Assembly: GCA_030704615.1 (NCBI GenBank) | Contig: CM060732.1 | Span: 13,392,001 to 13,456,000, forward strand | Reading direction: 5' to 3' | Origin: Takakia lepidozioides | Taxonomy: Eukaryota > Plantae > Bryophyta | DNA length: 64,000 bases | Shown here: in pieces, positions 37,069 through 49,929 of the stretch | Layout of the letters: each line of letters opens with the position of its first letter | Numbering within the stretch: the stretch's first letter is position 1 | Translations under genes and position numbers: made by a program | The notes under the pieces: generated by a model | Told to the model about the DNA's origin: nothing | The model's input: only the letters and a program-made list of their open reading frames with translations | The model's database searches: none

Positions 37069-38896
37069 CTAGTTAGGTACGCTGCACTTTGTGCGAATCT
37101 CTCCGAATGGGAAAGTGAGAGGGCTGATATTACCCATTTTGACCATACTGTTACCGAAATCATGGAAAAATTTGTAATGGTTTTGGGCATAAGTGTTAAC
37201 TAAAGCAGCTGTGCTGGCTCCAGGAACCCCCAATTCCTGATCTGAATGAAGAGTCCCAAGCTTAGCTTGCAGGTTCTTGCAGTACTGGTTGTCGAATTTG
37301 GTTGGGGTGTCGACGTCCATGGGTGTGACGGTCTGTAAATTGCCACCGTTTGGACACGTCTTCTTCAGTTGGGTAAGGTAGTTTGGGTCGATATCAGTCT
37401 CGGCAGTGGGGTATAGCCGTCCCTGGATTGATAGGCAACGAGCCTTCCCGATGGTGTGGGATCCTGCACATAAGCATTTAATCCACGTCACATCTGTCAA
37501 TTCATAATATACCAGCGCATCCGCCGAGACTGGTGCCCAAGAAACTATAAGTCTGTAAGTCTGTACATGTATGTGCGATCAAACTGCAAGAGGAGTTTCA
37601 ATGAGCGGACATACCTGAAAGGACAACCATGTCTTGGGCAGAGAGACCACGTGCTTGAAAATCGGAGATAAGGTCCGAAACACTTCCAGTAAATTTGGGG
37701 ATTCCGTCGAGAGCTGCTTGCTGGGTGGTTGTAGTGGCGTCCCGCCTCCCCAATAGTACTTGCCAGGATGGTCCTTGACTCTGCACAATAATTTAAATAA
37801 CATTGGAAATTTGGATTAATGGACTTGTCCCTTTCAATGATCAGTGACCTCTGCTTTAATACCTAGATCATGCACGCTCATGCTTGGGGATCCACGACAA
37901 AGCTCACGGACAGTACAACAGAACCCACATGAATACAACCGGGAACTGATACTTGTAACCTCTAACTCCATCGAACCCATTGTGGCATCCTATTTGTAAA
38001 CAATCAGCATGCATGCACTAATAGCATTGGTATTATTGCCTGAAGAAACATGTGGGGGCCCGGCAGATTCCAGGCAGATTCAAACGTTCACGAGAGTGAG
38101 AAACAGAATATAATCTACTGAGAGAAGGCTGAATAAGGAAATGGATGGTCAGCTAATTGTACTTACCAAGAAGGTAGCGTCGCGAGCTACAAGGGCTAAG
38201 ATATCAGCATGAGAATGTCTGCGGGCAGGCTTTTTCTACTGCTGATTTGATATTGTCGATGACATCAACGCCTCGCAGTGAGTTGAGGTTTGGCAATGCA
38301 CTTTGCTCCCCGGTGAAAGTTGCAGTATCCTTCAGCAATACCGAGCCATCACAGCCCTATGTACACATTCGAGCGTAGACCAATCAGTATTCTGAAACAA
38401 AGTCTTCCACGTTCCCCTGACATTCAAGTTTCTAGCTCGATTCAATCGGACTTGGCATATGCAGAGTTTCATTAACGATACCAATTGAACCAATCTAGAG
38501 TTCTAATCAGTGTAAGTAGATTTTGAATCTGATGTGGCAACGAAGCTCCAATGTTACGAAAGTCCACAAAGGTTTGCCGAGTTGACTAAGGAAAATTTAA
38601 CTAGGGGAACTATTGCATAGACTCGTGAATAGAGGACAAGGAATTTAGCAACGAGCTGGGATCCCGGAGCATACGTTGACGAAACAGTCATGAAAATGCA
38701 GGCGCAGGAGTGATGCGGCTATCCGAATGTCCGACCCCATTGCTAACCTCACTTGATTCCTCACTATCGCCTCTAGTCGTGGACACTTGTGGCCATAGAA
38801 GCCTGGTACTAGTACCGAACCGAAGGTTTGTACTGCGGCCAGTAGCAGCAACATCACACAACATGTCACACCTGCTGACGTAGCCGATCGAGCCAT
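37069..38896 (-). pseudogene. Class III secretory peroxidase with a frameshift in exon 2
   Basis: Exons 38896-38675, 38356-38167, 37780-37615 and 37463-37069. Signal peptide, [47 protein letters not shown]. Exon 2 is 190 bp and reads ...CPQTFSC-TGA (38206-38204); [10 protein letters not shown] continues in another frame. Confidence 0.85.
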
Positions 38897-41800
38897 TTTG
38901 GTAGAAACCTGAATGCACACCACTAAATAAATTCTTCAGCACGTACATCAGTAGAAACAGGTACAGGTACATTGTTTTTGAAAGTACCCCTCATAAATTC
39001 GACTACCAAGGCTTCCGTAATGTTCTGGGACTGATCTGGCTCCCCGCTAGAGTACCTGAAAGCTGCTATGAGACTACAAGATTACCAATCAACAATACAC
39101 GAGGCGCTGAAATGAATGTGTGGGAGCTAGCGCGGTACCCAACGCCTTCGATTGACCAGCGCGCTGTCTCTGAGCCGACTACCAGCTTCCGGGATCAAAA
39201 ATTCGTTCAAGCAAGGGAGAATAATAACTATCTCACTCTAAACTCTCAAACTCTCGCCTCTAGTCTTGATCAAACTTGAGGCGGCTGAAGTAGCTGGCTT
39301 CATGGATTCAAGAGAGGTCCGATGTTTGCAGAAATGTGCGATGGTGACCAAATTAGACTTGTCCATTTTGTAGAAACATACGTCCAAGTTGTGGCGTCCC
39401 ACATCAAGGAGCTTGTTTCCGCACCATTGCGGAAGAACCAAACCCCACACTTGATCTACTTCCGTTTATCTAGTTCAGCCGACTTCCTCCAAATCCCGGC
39501 AAAGGGTAGAGCCTCTCAAGCTGCTCCCAGTGCACTCTTCTTGGCCCATTTCAAGGCCAAGGAACGATCCTCCCCGAAGATCGAATCGCCTTACTGCAAC
39601 AACATTGCTTGCGATCGCTCATGATGCCGCTTTTGGCATCGCCTTGAGCACGGGTTCACCTTGAACCCTTTTTGATTAGGAAGATAACCTTGAACCAACC
39701 GTGCGTCCCAATCACTACAATTGGGTCCGCCTTAGAATGCTGGCCTAAGGTATGGGAACACGATGAAGCCGCACTACGACTTCGTCCCGAGGTTACACGA
39801 TTATAGTACGTGAACAGAAGCACGTAGCTTCCGCGTTAATCCGCACTACAAGAAAACCCCCGAAGTTGAACTGTCCTGTGCTGGAAGAACTTAGATCTTC
39901 GAGCGCCTCTCTCCCGCCTTGGAGCTCTCGAGCAAAAACAGCGAGATGATGATCACAGTTGGAGTTGGAGACTGGAGGTGAGAGTGAGAGTGTGAAGCCC
40001 AGACTTCGCATATAAAGGGCTTAGGAGTGGGGAGGATCCTCGCAAACCCGAGATGAGAGGCTGCGCAGAGTCAACCGGTAGGCTTCACTGTCGCTATTTG
40101 TATTTCAGTCATCACCGCCCACCATTTTTTTTTCACCCCCTGTTTTCTTGTTTAGACTTTAGACACAATTTGTTTTCCACAATGCAAACCCTTGAGTGTT
40201 AGTGTTAAAAAAAAAGGCTATGTGGAGCCTGCTCAACTTCTTCAACAAAATGAATTTAGAACCGAAAATACAGTTGGGCTGTGGACAAGAGAGGACCAAC
40301 GGCGGGGGAGAACTGGCAGCCAGTTACATGCTAGCCGACTGACTTCCAGAATTTCCGAATGAAATATGAAACCTCAGGAAATGGAGGATCGAGGGAAAAA
40401 ATGGCCGAAGGGCAATCAACCGGGGCCCTTACTTTTAGGAAGGATATTTGCCTTTCCCATTTCATTCAGACAGGAAATCTGCCTTAGTGGCAAGGCCTGG
40501 ACGGATTACGGCCCTTCTTATATTACAAAAAATGGAAATGGCCGTCTCGAAGTTCCACCACATGGCAGAAATCCAACGTGCCAGGCCGGGTACATCCAAG
40601 GAAGGGCGTTTAGGTCAAAAAAATATTAACTCAAAGATGGGCAGGCCCGCGGGGCAAACCCTACTAAGTCTGGACGTTGCTCTCGCAGCCCACAGCCCAC
40701 GCCTGCCTTGCACTCGCTGCCTGCTATCACAGCTTCACCGTCCACGCGGGTTCAATTCTTCTCCATGTGGTTTGAAAGGCATTGACAGGTCCACTTCTAT
40801 AAGGATACAATGTTCTTACTGGTTGAATTGCTTAAAACTGGTTGTGATTATTTATTATTATTATTATTTACTTATTGTTGTGCATGTGACACTTGTGTTG
40901 TCAACGATTGATATTTATAAGGGGCCGGCTTTATAGCTGAACACAAAATAATCATTAGGAATATTACCGGTTGTTAAAGAATTATCATCGGAATTGACAG
41001 GGTATAGTACCACTAAGGGGCAGCACGGACTGCCCAACCCCACTTAGCCGCTTGCTGCTGGGACTGAGCGGCTACGGCTGGTTCAACTGAAATTATTTCC
41101 CGGACGCTGGAGAGGACAGCTGCCTCTCAGTTGACTTCCCTGAAGCTCTGCGAAGCAGCCCACCTCACTGCCCAAAATAGCTTGGTAGCCTTCAAGGTCA
41201 AAGGCAGTGATACATAGCTGGGTATCCTAGGTCACTAGGATATGAGGCGGAAGGTTTTCATTTCTAAATGCTGAATAGGAAATCTGGCTGAAAATTTAGT
41301 GAATTTTTGTTTTTGTCAGAGCTCTCAGGACTCTGATCAGCATCTTTTATTTTTCTTTTTTTTTCAAGGAAACACCAGCCCCAGCAACTGGGCCTTGAGA
41401 GGGAAATCAAACCCCCTTGTCTGAGCAACTTTTTGAGTTAAACCAGCAAGCGCATGTAGTAATCTACCTATGTTTGACGGGGGAGTCAGGTCAGAGGCTG
41501 CAACTGATTGAACCTGAATCAATAGTCTTTGCGAACTTGATATATATAGACTGCAGCCCACTCATAGCCCACCGTGTTCGGATTCGACCCTTGTTTTTCC
41601 AGTCTTTAGGGCTTTGTCAAACCCTTTGATGAATCACTGCAATTGATTGCTTCAGGTATACACAGTTGACGGCGACTTCGTAGGTGGATCGGGAACATCA
41701 ACTTTCTGATCGTTGCCTTTCAGGTTGTGGACCTGAGGGCATTGCCCAGCCGTGGGGAATCTGAGGTTGATGATAGAGTTTTGAGGTTCTCTGAAGATTG

Positions 41801-42610
41801 CGGCATGTGGGACGAGATTGTCCATGGAAAACTTTCGTTGATCAGCAAAGAGTACTGTTGCTAAAAGCACCCATGTGAACAAGTTAGTCCAGAAGTAGTT
41901 TTATTCTCCAGACAGATGCCACAATACAATTATCATATCCACTGCTGCTTCCTAGGGATATGGCTAAGTTTACCAACTTCTGCTCTACCCATTAAATTAC
42001 TATGTGTAGTCTACAAGAGGTAGACTAAGAAGAATGCCTTCCCCAATTAATTTGGGGATTAATGAATTTTGTCTTTTGGCATACTTTACACTGCGAATGG
42101 AGGTATACAATTATGTTGGGAGAGCCTGAAGAGAGTTATCAGGGCCAAACATCCTCTCGAAGTTACCAAGGTGCATCTGTGAGACTTTCTTCACGCATAA
42201 CCAATCTCTTAGCTCCATATGTCTGTCTCTGTCTCCTGTCGGTCTTGCTGTATCAGCCACCTGCACAATAAAGGTAGAGAGAGCAGTAGACTTAGGTGCT
42301 CAAATCAATAGCATTCTTTCTAGGAAATATCATTAACAAACCTCAAATCAACACCCCAGTCTGTGAAACTAGAGTGTCATAAGCTGTGTGTTAAGTGCTA
42401 TTGCACTTTTGGGGTGGTTCGTAGCTCGTGCTTACAGGGGTCAGCGATATACAGATGTTTCTGGTGGGAGCTCAGTTGAGAGCTTCATGGCTGTAAACCT
42501 AAAAACTTTATCCACAAACACTGAACGACCAAACTGCAGCGGTGAGGCACTTTCAAAGGGTTCTGATAAATCCACCTCACGTCATGATGGAAAAGATCCG
42601 TACCTATAAC

Positions 42611-45600
42611 TCAAGCAGTTGATAACTTCTGTCTGTTGTCAGAATGAACCCAGGAACTGACCATCAGAGAGTCAAACATAATCTGCACCGACCCAATGAC
42701 AGCAGGCAGACTAAGCAAAAAGGAAAGAGTAGGCAAGAAAGGTCTAAAAGTACAGAAAGAGGGTAGAGAAATTGCACATGTAGAGTATGCAAGAAAGGAG
42801 GCAGGTATGCAAGAAGGAAACAGAGAAATTACATGTGCCAAGAAGGCCTAGAGGGCCTCTGGGACATGGACCTCAGTGCTAGGCCAATTTTCGGAGGGAA
42901 AAAGAAAACAAAAATGAAATAAGAGAGACACGAGCTTGCAAAGAGTGGGAAAGTAGAAGGAAACTGGAATCCTTTTGCGATTGACATGCCACAATGACTG
43001 TGCAAGTCACCAGGGGCTAAATGTGACCTGTGTGAGATGCCATGCTATGCAAGGCAACACGAGCAGGCCTGCTTCGCCGAATGCACCCCCAAGTCTCTCC
43101 ACCACTGCCACCAACACTGGGAGTGATTTCTGTACAAGTAAAGATTTGGTATTAAGACCTCTCCTGCCATTCACACTCTGTGTATATAAGTGAAGACCTC
43201 CACTATGAACTAGACTCAATGATTGATTAAGCATTTTGGAAATAACCCCTCCAGCTTTCCAGAAATTGCTTGTGGGTTGAGCTCTAGCTGGTACTCATAT
43301 GACAGGAGTCCATTCTTTTTCAAAATAGCGGTTCCAGTTCTGCACACACTTTTCAAGAAAGGAAAAAGGCAAGCCAATAGACCTGGCTAGTCAGAAGAAT
43401 CACTGCCCGCGCAGCTGATACTTGGTCATCACCCTTGTTCCCCCAATAAGCAGGCAGAAACCGCATCACGGTTGTATTACCCACAAGATAGACAACGTGT
43501 ACACAACTGCAATCCCCCATTACTCTCTCTTCGGGCCATGCAATCTGCCTCAACATTGACATCCCATCATGTTCAATGTTCCAAACAAAAAATCAGCCTG
43601 GTGCACAGCTAGGGTACAATTCAAACCAGTATTTGATCAGCCTTGTATGTTAACTATGTAGTGTAATGTTGTGAATCTGTACGAGGAAGGAATAAGCGAC
43701 ACCTGCCTGCATGTTTTGTAGTACAAAATTGGCATCTGGACGGTCCTGTTGTTTGCTACAGGATGCTTTAGTTAAAAGATGTGTGATCTACTTGGCTCAA
43801 AAACGATGGTCTTGTTGATGGTGATAGACACTGGTTATCGAGACAAGATCTCGACCTCCGGTGCCCCAACCTCATACCAAATGAAAGGATCTTCCAATGT
43901 TCACATCAGCACAATAAGGTTGTCCTCCATGCCTGATGACACCATAATACATAGTCCTCCTTCCAATGAAACTCCACATGGTGACCTACAGAGTCCCACA
44001 ATCCTCGTCCCCACACGAATGATACTACACAGACTATCAAGATGGTGGCAAATGTCATATGCAACAAGAATATGTCACCATGCATGCACCCATCTGGTTG
44101 TCCGTTGAAGTTGATCAGCGATCGAGGAGTTCATTTTGTTAATGACACCATTGTGGTGCTGAAGCCCCTACAAGTATGGATTCTAGTTGATATGCTATTA
44201 GACAACATGGACTGCAACACGAGAGGTCAAAGGAGATGACCCACATGCCAATACTGACTGCAGCAAGTAATTGAGCTGGTGCAATCTGCAGGAGCATTGC
44301 CTTCGAACAGCTTATCTGCATCCATGGCACCGGGAACCACCCCACCTACAGTTATCATCTACATGTACACTGTGTGGAATTCCTGTTCCACAATACACAC
44401 TTTACTTGTTGATAAACCTTTGGTAGAGACCCAGAGCCTATCCACAAGAAAGGATCCAAAGAAAACAGAATGCCTAAGGCACTTGCCTGTTTCATCATCC
44501 ACGGTTTCCGTTCCAATTCCGTTCCAATTCCAATTCCCCACCCGTTCCAGAATCCAGAACCGAACAGTGGTTTTTTTATGGAAGCTGAATGGAGTAACAG
44601 GTCTTGTAACAAAAATAGTATCAGCAGAATCACTAGTAAATGTGACATACCGTACTCAAAAGAAAACTGCTCAGACGAGAGAAATGTTTCTTTCTCTTGT
44701 CAACAAAACCTCAACAATGTACGAAACAGAATGAAATTACCCAACGTGACTCTGTTGGTACATGAAACATAGCAATTCAACTGGGAGATCAAACCACCTA
44801 CATGTCACAGCCCACCTCTATAGCACAGAGGGACATCCCCATCTGCACCAGGGTAGCAGAAGACAATATGGGCCAACAGAAAGCAGGCCATGGAAAGTGA
44901 ACTTAATCGGAACCATCAGATTTTGCAGGACCTCAAGTGTGCTTCACTTTTTTCTTTCTGTTTCGTCCACTACTCTGATAAAATTGTTGAGGCCAGCGAT
45001 ATTACAGATATTGGCAACAGAATAAGGGAAGAAAAGGGTTGGGGGACTGCTATTCAGGAACACTCACCCGAAAACTCGCGGACGAACTGTTCCCAGCACC
45101 CAAAATATTCCCCAACCCATCAGCAATGTGGACTTTGCTCTAGGAATGTCCAACTGAATGGTGTGGCTAATAGATTGAGAACATTTAAAAAAAAAAAATC
45201 AGAGCCAGCAACTCAACTGCAAAAAGGTGACAATGCACATACCCCTCTTCCCCCCCAGAGAAAACACTTCTTTCCTTCTTGCCTTTTGCTGTCAGTTTCT
45301 TTTCCAGCTTGATCAACATGAACAAACTGATTTGAGGATGTGACTCCAGACTTCCAGTGGAAAGGAAACCAAATAAAAGTGTGGTCGCAACCTGATCAGG
45401 GTCATTGATTGAGAAGGTTAACATAAATTGTTCAATATCTGATTGCAAGATTCATAATTTGCCAAAGAGGAGAGAGAGAAGCAGAGTCTGCAGCAGGGCT
45501 TTCAGAAGAGGGCCCGCTGGGAGAGAGATCCCAGATCCACGTCCCACTAGCGCCGAGAGCATGAATGGCATCTGGGCACAATCCAGTTGAAAAATATGAG

Positions 45601-48600
45601 TAACTACCTAGCTAAGAGGAACAAATGTTAAGAATGACTCAGAAAAGTAAAAGCCAGGCCGACATATCACCGCAAATAATCTTTGATTGAGAGAAGTACA
45701 AAAAGAAACCCAGGGTAAGAGTAAAACAGAAGTATGAGCTAGACTAGCGTCAACCCCTATATGTCCTGCGATACAAGTAAGAGAAGACAAAGACAGAAGC
45801 ACAAATCAATTGAACACCTTGTTCAGAACCGAGCCTACAACCAAGTGCAGCACTGTGATATTGGCACATGCTAGAGAGTCAGAGGAAAGGCTAAAAGAGT
45901 GATACTTACTGTGAAAATTCCAAGGAGGTTTGATATGATGGTTAGAGCTAATGCCAACGCAGTATTAGCCCCTGCCAGCTGCCACACCCATCCCCACATG
46001 CGAGAGTCCTTTCAAGACAAATTCAACGTCCAATTTTGTGAATTGTTTGTTCTGACTGTCCCCCTAAGCTGATAGATATGTGGTACAAAACTGCAACATG
46101 CCCCCCCAATTCTATTCTTTCTCTCTGTTGAGAACATAAAATTTCTTGACAAGGCCAGGAAACACAATCTTTGGTTCTTCTACGTGTCTGAAGCTGAATT
46201 CTATGCTTATCTTGGAACAATATCCAGCACCCTACATCCTTATGAGCTGAGTGAGCGAGACAGGATTAGGAAAGGCACTGTAGCTGTCTGTGAATACAAT
46301 GTAGCCAGCTACACATTGGAGAATAAACCCTATCTCGTCAGGGTAGGACTTGTCAGAATGTATCCGAGAAGTGGGACAGACTGTCATCTCTTCTTCTTGT
46401 ACCTAGGTACAAAGGGAGGGAAGTTATATTGTCCATTTAGAGATTCCTTGTCCTTAGCAGAGATCTTCAGCTATGAGGACCTGAAGTGCTAACCTGCATG
46501 AGGTACTATGTCTCCAAGCAAGGTTGGGAATTTTTTAAACTGCTCTGTGGTCTTTGATGTAGTTATATGCTACCCCATAGGCCTTATGGGCCTCCCTGGA
46601 CCCAATATAGTTAAAACTCTTCTCGAAGCGTGTGTGATCCCAAGAAAACAAATAGAAAATCCAAAAGTTGTCAAACACACGAGGCTGCCTGCTAGACATT
46701 ATAAGAACAGAAATAAACAGTACCTGAGTCAAAGAGACACCGCTGGAGAGAGTAGTTGGTACACAGCATAACATTGCAGCCTGCATGCCGGAGTCACGTA
46801 TTTGTCAACTCCAAGCCGGATCTCTAATACAGAAATTACGCCAATTTGTCATTGTGGATAATGCACCCAAGAGTACTCCTCCAACAAGTGAGCAGCAACT
46901 GATGAAGCCCATGGGATCAAAACTTTCCAGACTAGGATAGTACACTTCATAAATGAAACTTGCTAAGAAAAACATGATGACCGCATGTACACAGGGCGAC
47001 ATTTTGTCCTGTGACTTGAAGTACCAAATATTGTCCAGAAAACAAGACAAAAAGAGAGTGCAAGTGCTTGAAACCTGCAACAAGCTCCCTAGGTGCCATA
47101 TTAAGCTGTAGAAGGGGGATAGCAGCCAAGGGTGTGATTAGCAGAATAGATGTCTGCACTCAACAGCAACAGAGCCAGCGTGAGAAGAAAATGCCAATAC
47201 AGACACTATAATGTTGAGAACAACAAGGAAGAAGAAATAAAATCGCAAAAAATCACGGTTGAAGGAGAAAGGGCTGGAACAAACCAAGCCAAACACTGCA
47301 GCGGGCCAGGCCTTTACCACCTTAGCTACATCGCCAGTCTTCAACGTCAACCCTGCACCAACCCCATAATCAGGGGGTGAAACTTTCACTTTCCCAACCT
47401 GGCAAACAACCTTGATCACCATGACACATTTGACTAATATGGTTTGTTCGGCATGGCAGCTTGGACATAATCAACCTTTGGGGAACTTAAACAATCAATT
47501 TAGTGAATAAATAGTCCCTCAAAACATGACGTCACATATTGTTTGTTGCTAAAGTACAAAGGGCGCCGCTGATAATCATATCAAGGAAACTCACCAGAGA
47601 TGACAAAAATAGCAGACGTAGTCCACCTGGAGGCACCCCATTGCTGCATTATCTGACCTGGCCTTGGGTATGCAAACCCCATCGCCACTCCTGTCACAAG
47701 GGCTAGCCCTCCACCAATTGCAGAGAAAGGATTAACCGGACTGCAGAAGGACTGTATTTATGTGTCTGTGATTCCCCTTTTCTCTCCTGTCTTTGCGGTG
47801 GTGGGAAGTGTCGAAACCCTCTCAATTTAGAAAGAACACAACTTGTTACCCTACCCAGGACTCTGCCTGTAGGTCAAGTTTCTCCCTGACACACAGGAGG
47901 AAGAGTTTGTCCACTAGAATCTCCATCTGGTTGTTCAACAGAATACAGACACATTTGGATGGTGCTCAAAAGTGAAATCAGCTAATGCGATATCTTTTCC
48001 TTTCAATAGGGTTGGTCCAAGCACCAGTGCCCCTGACACAGAGTACACCAGAAGCACCAACCTATAGGCAGAAAATTTGCACCGGCAAAACACAAAACCA
48101 ACTGTGCAGTAGACTCCAACTTTTCACCTTCCACCTCATCATGAAGGGCTGCTTTTGGCTTTTCCTGTCAATTGAGTATGCGCAGGGGAATTAGGTGCAC
48201 ATACACTATTCATTAGGCGACCAATTTTCTGAATTCCCAGAACCCCGAAGCTTATTTTGTGCAGCCAAAGCACAGGCCCCTGTCCTCAGAAGTTCTACGT
48301 TCAAAACTTTGAGTTGTTATATTGCCTCCACTTGTGCAGCCTGGAATTAAACATTCCAATCAGCTCATTCTATTTGCTGTCTACAAGACTCCATTCTTGC
48401 CAAAACACTCTGATATCTACAACAGAAGACAGGCCTACTTTGAGATTATTCAACCAATTGCCCACCTATCAATTAGCTGTATAGCTCAGAAAATCCCTTA
48501 CACAGTTAACCAAAATTAAATCTTGTAGTCAAATCATCGCAAAGGTATTGGTACATGCATTGTCATGTTTCACGTATCTGCGAAAGGCGAAAGGCGAAAG

Positions 48601-48882
48601 CCGACAGATCATTTATGGAGTGCAATGAACACATGAAACACACTGGTGGTTTGATAGCCTCTTACAGTGTACCTGGTGAGGGCGATGCTGCTGGCTACAG
48701 CTGATGGGCTCGCTGAAATTGGCGCAACCCCTCCCCCAACGGATCCATGCTCCCCGATTAGAACCACAGCTTGAGGGCACATTTGCAGAAGAACGTGAGG
48801 ATGAGACCGAATGCAGACCATGAGAAAGCCCAAGAGACGGCGCACAGACAAGAGCCCGGTGCAGCAGCACAGCAGACGCCAT
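42611..48882 (-). pseudogene. BASS4: Plastid bile acid:sodium symporter family member, BASS4-like, with splice and frame lesions
   Basis: Exons encode NFLPI, AIFVISGLTL, WPAAVFGL, CCVPTTLSSGVSLTQ, LAGANTALAL, SQKSLPVLVAVVE.LGGAFGEAGLLVLPC and IMFDSLMV. The donor after FGK reads TT (45457-45456) and is followed by an in-frame TGA. Exon 46780-46724 is out of phase with the preceding exon. Confidence 0.8.
44090..44160 (+). mobile_element. Short Ty3/Gypsy integrase fragment inside a BASS4 intron
   Basis: Translation GCPLKLISDRGVHFVNDTI resembles the integrase core motif G.P..i.sD.G.hF. Confidence 0.55.
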
Positions 48883-49704
48883 CTCTTCAAATTAGCTGCA
48901 GGCTTTGTGGCTATCGCTGACGGTATTCGGAGCTCTGGCTATCGCTGAAAAGATTCTCGTCTCAGGAAGACAAATTTCGCTTGCTCTTCGTCGCTTCCGA
49001 TCGTATTCTTTCCAAATCACTCTGCCTGCGGAAAAATTGAACCCATGCAGCAATCTCTTGCCGTGTTGTTTGATCTTTCTCAGAAACCTCTTCAATCATG
49101 CAGAATCCCTGCAATGCGATCATCTGACTAACTCCTTTCAGTTCATCCTTCCAGAAGCTGAATTACAGCAATTTGAGACACTCGCAAGCTTTTTCGGCTC
49201 CTCGAGTCGATCGCTGGTGGATGATTGTCCGATGGATATTTAATTTTGTTTTTGTGTTTTTGTTTTCAAATTTTTAAAATAACAGGAGTGGCTACTGAGT
49301 TTTGCAGGAAATAGCCATATTCTCTGTTCATCCACTGAAATTTGGACAGAATCATCCTCCTCTATACGTTCATCCATGTATATCATCCATATTAGGCGAA
49401 TTCATCCAAGAGTTTTATGTTTTTGGGAGAAGTTTGGCGATTCCATCCATGAGAAAATAGGGAATTTACGACAGAATATTCAAATTTTCTTTTTGAGGTC
49501 GAAAAAGTGCGAAATTTCGCCAGAAATAAAAACACTTGGATATGGAAACAAGCGAATAGTCGAGTAATGCCTCCACCCTAATTACAAACTGAAATGCTAG
49601 TGCTAGTAAGTTGAGTAACGGTCCTGATTTTATTTAAATAACAAACATAAATCAAAGCCGTCAGCACTGACAATAATCCCTGAGGATAAAAATTAATATT
49701 AATA

Positions 49705-49929
49705 TTTTTTATTGTCTTAAGGGAAACCTGGGAGCGATAGCCCACAATTCAGGCCCTTGAGGAGGGGGGGAAAATTAACCCCCTTTCATTTATGGGCCAC
49801 GAGGCCTACAGGATGATCAACGCCCAGACATACCGTCACGAACAATCCCACACACGGGGCAGGGCAGCGGGTTTGAACCCCGAACCACCAGGGCGACACA
49901 CCGTGCACTTACCAGCTGAGCTACCAGCC
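49705..49929 (-). mobile_element. tRNA-derived SINE
   Basis: The minus strand begins ggctggTAGCTCAGCTGGtaag (A box), then GGTTCAAACCc (B box), ~150 bp of unrelated body and an A-rich tail (aataaaaaa). No clear TSD. Confidence 0.7.

Noticed and set aside
39020-40945. Solo LTR upstream of the peroxidase
   Set aside because: TGTTC...GAACA ends and a TATA-like motif are suggestive, but there is no TSD, PBS/PPT or second copy.
49850-49929. Functional tRNA gene
   Set aside because: A and B boxes are present, but I could not fold convincing acceptor and anticodon stems; it continues into a SINE-like body.
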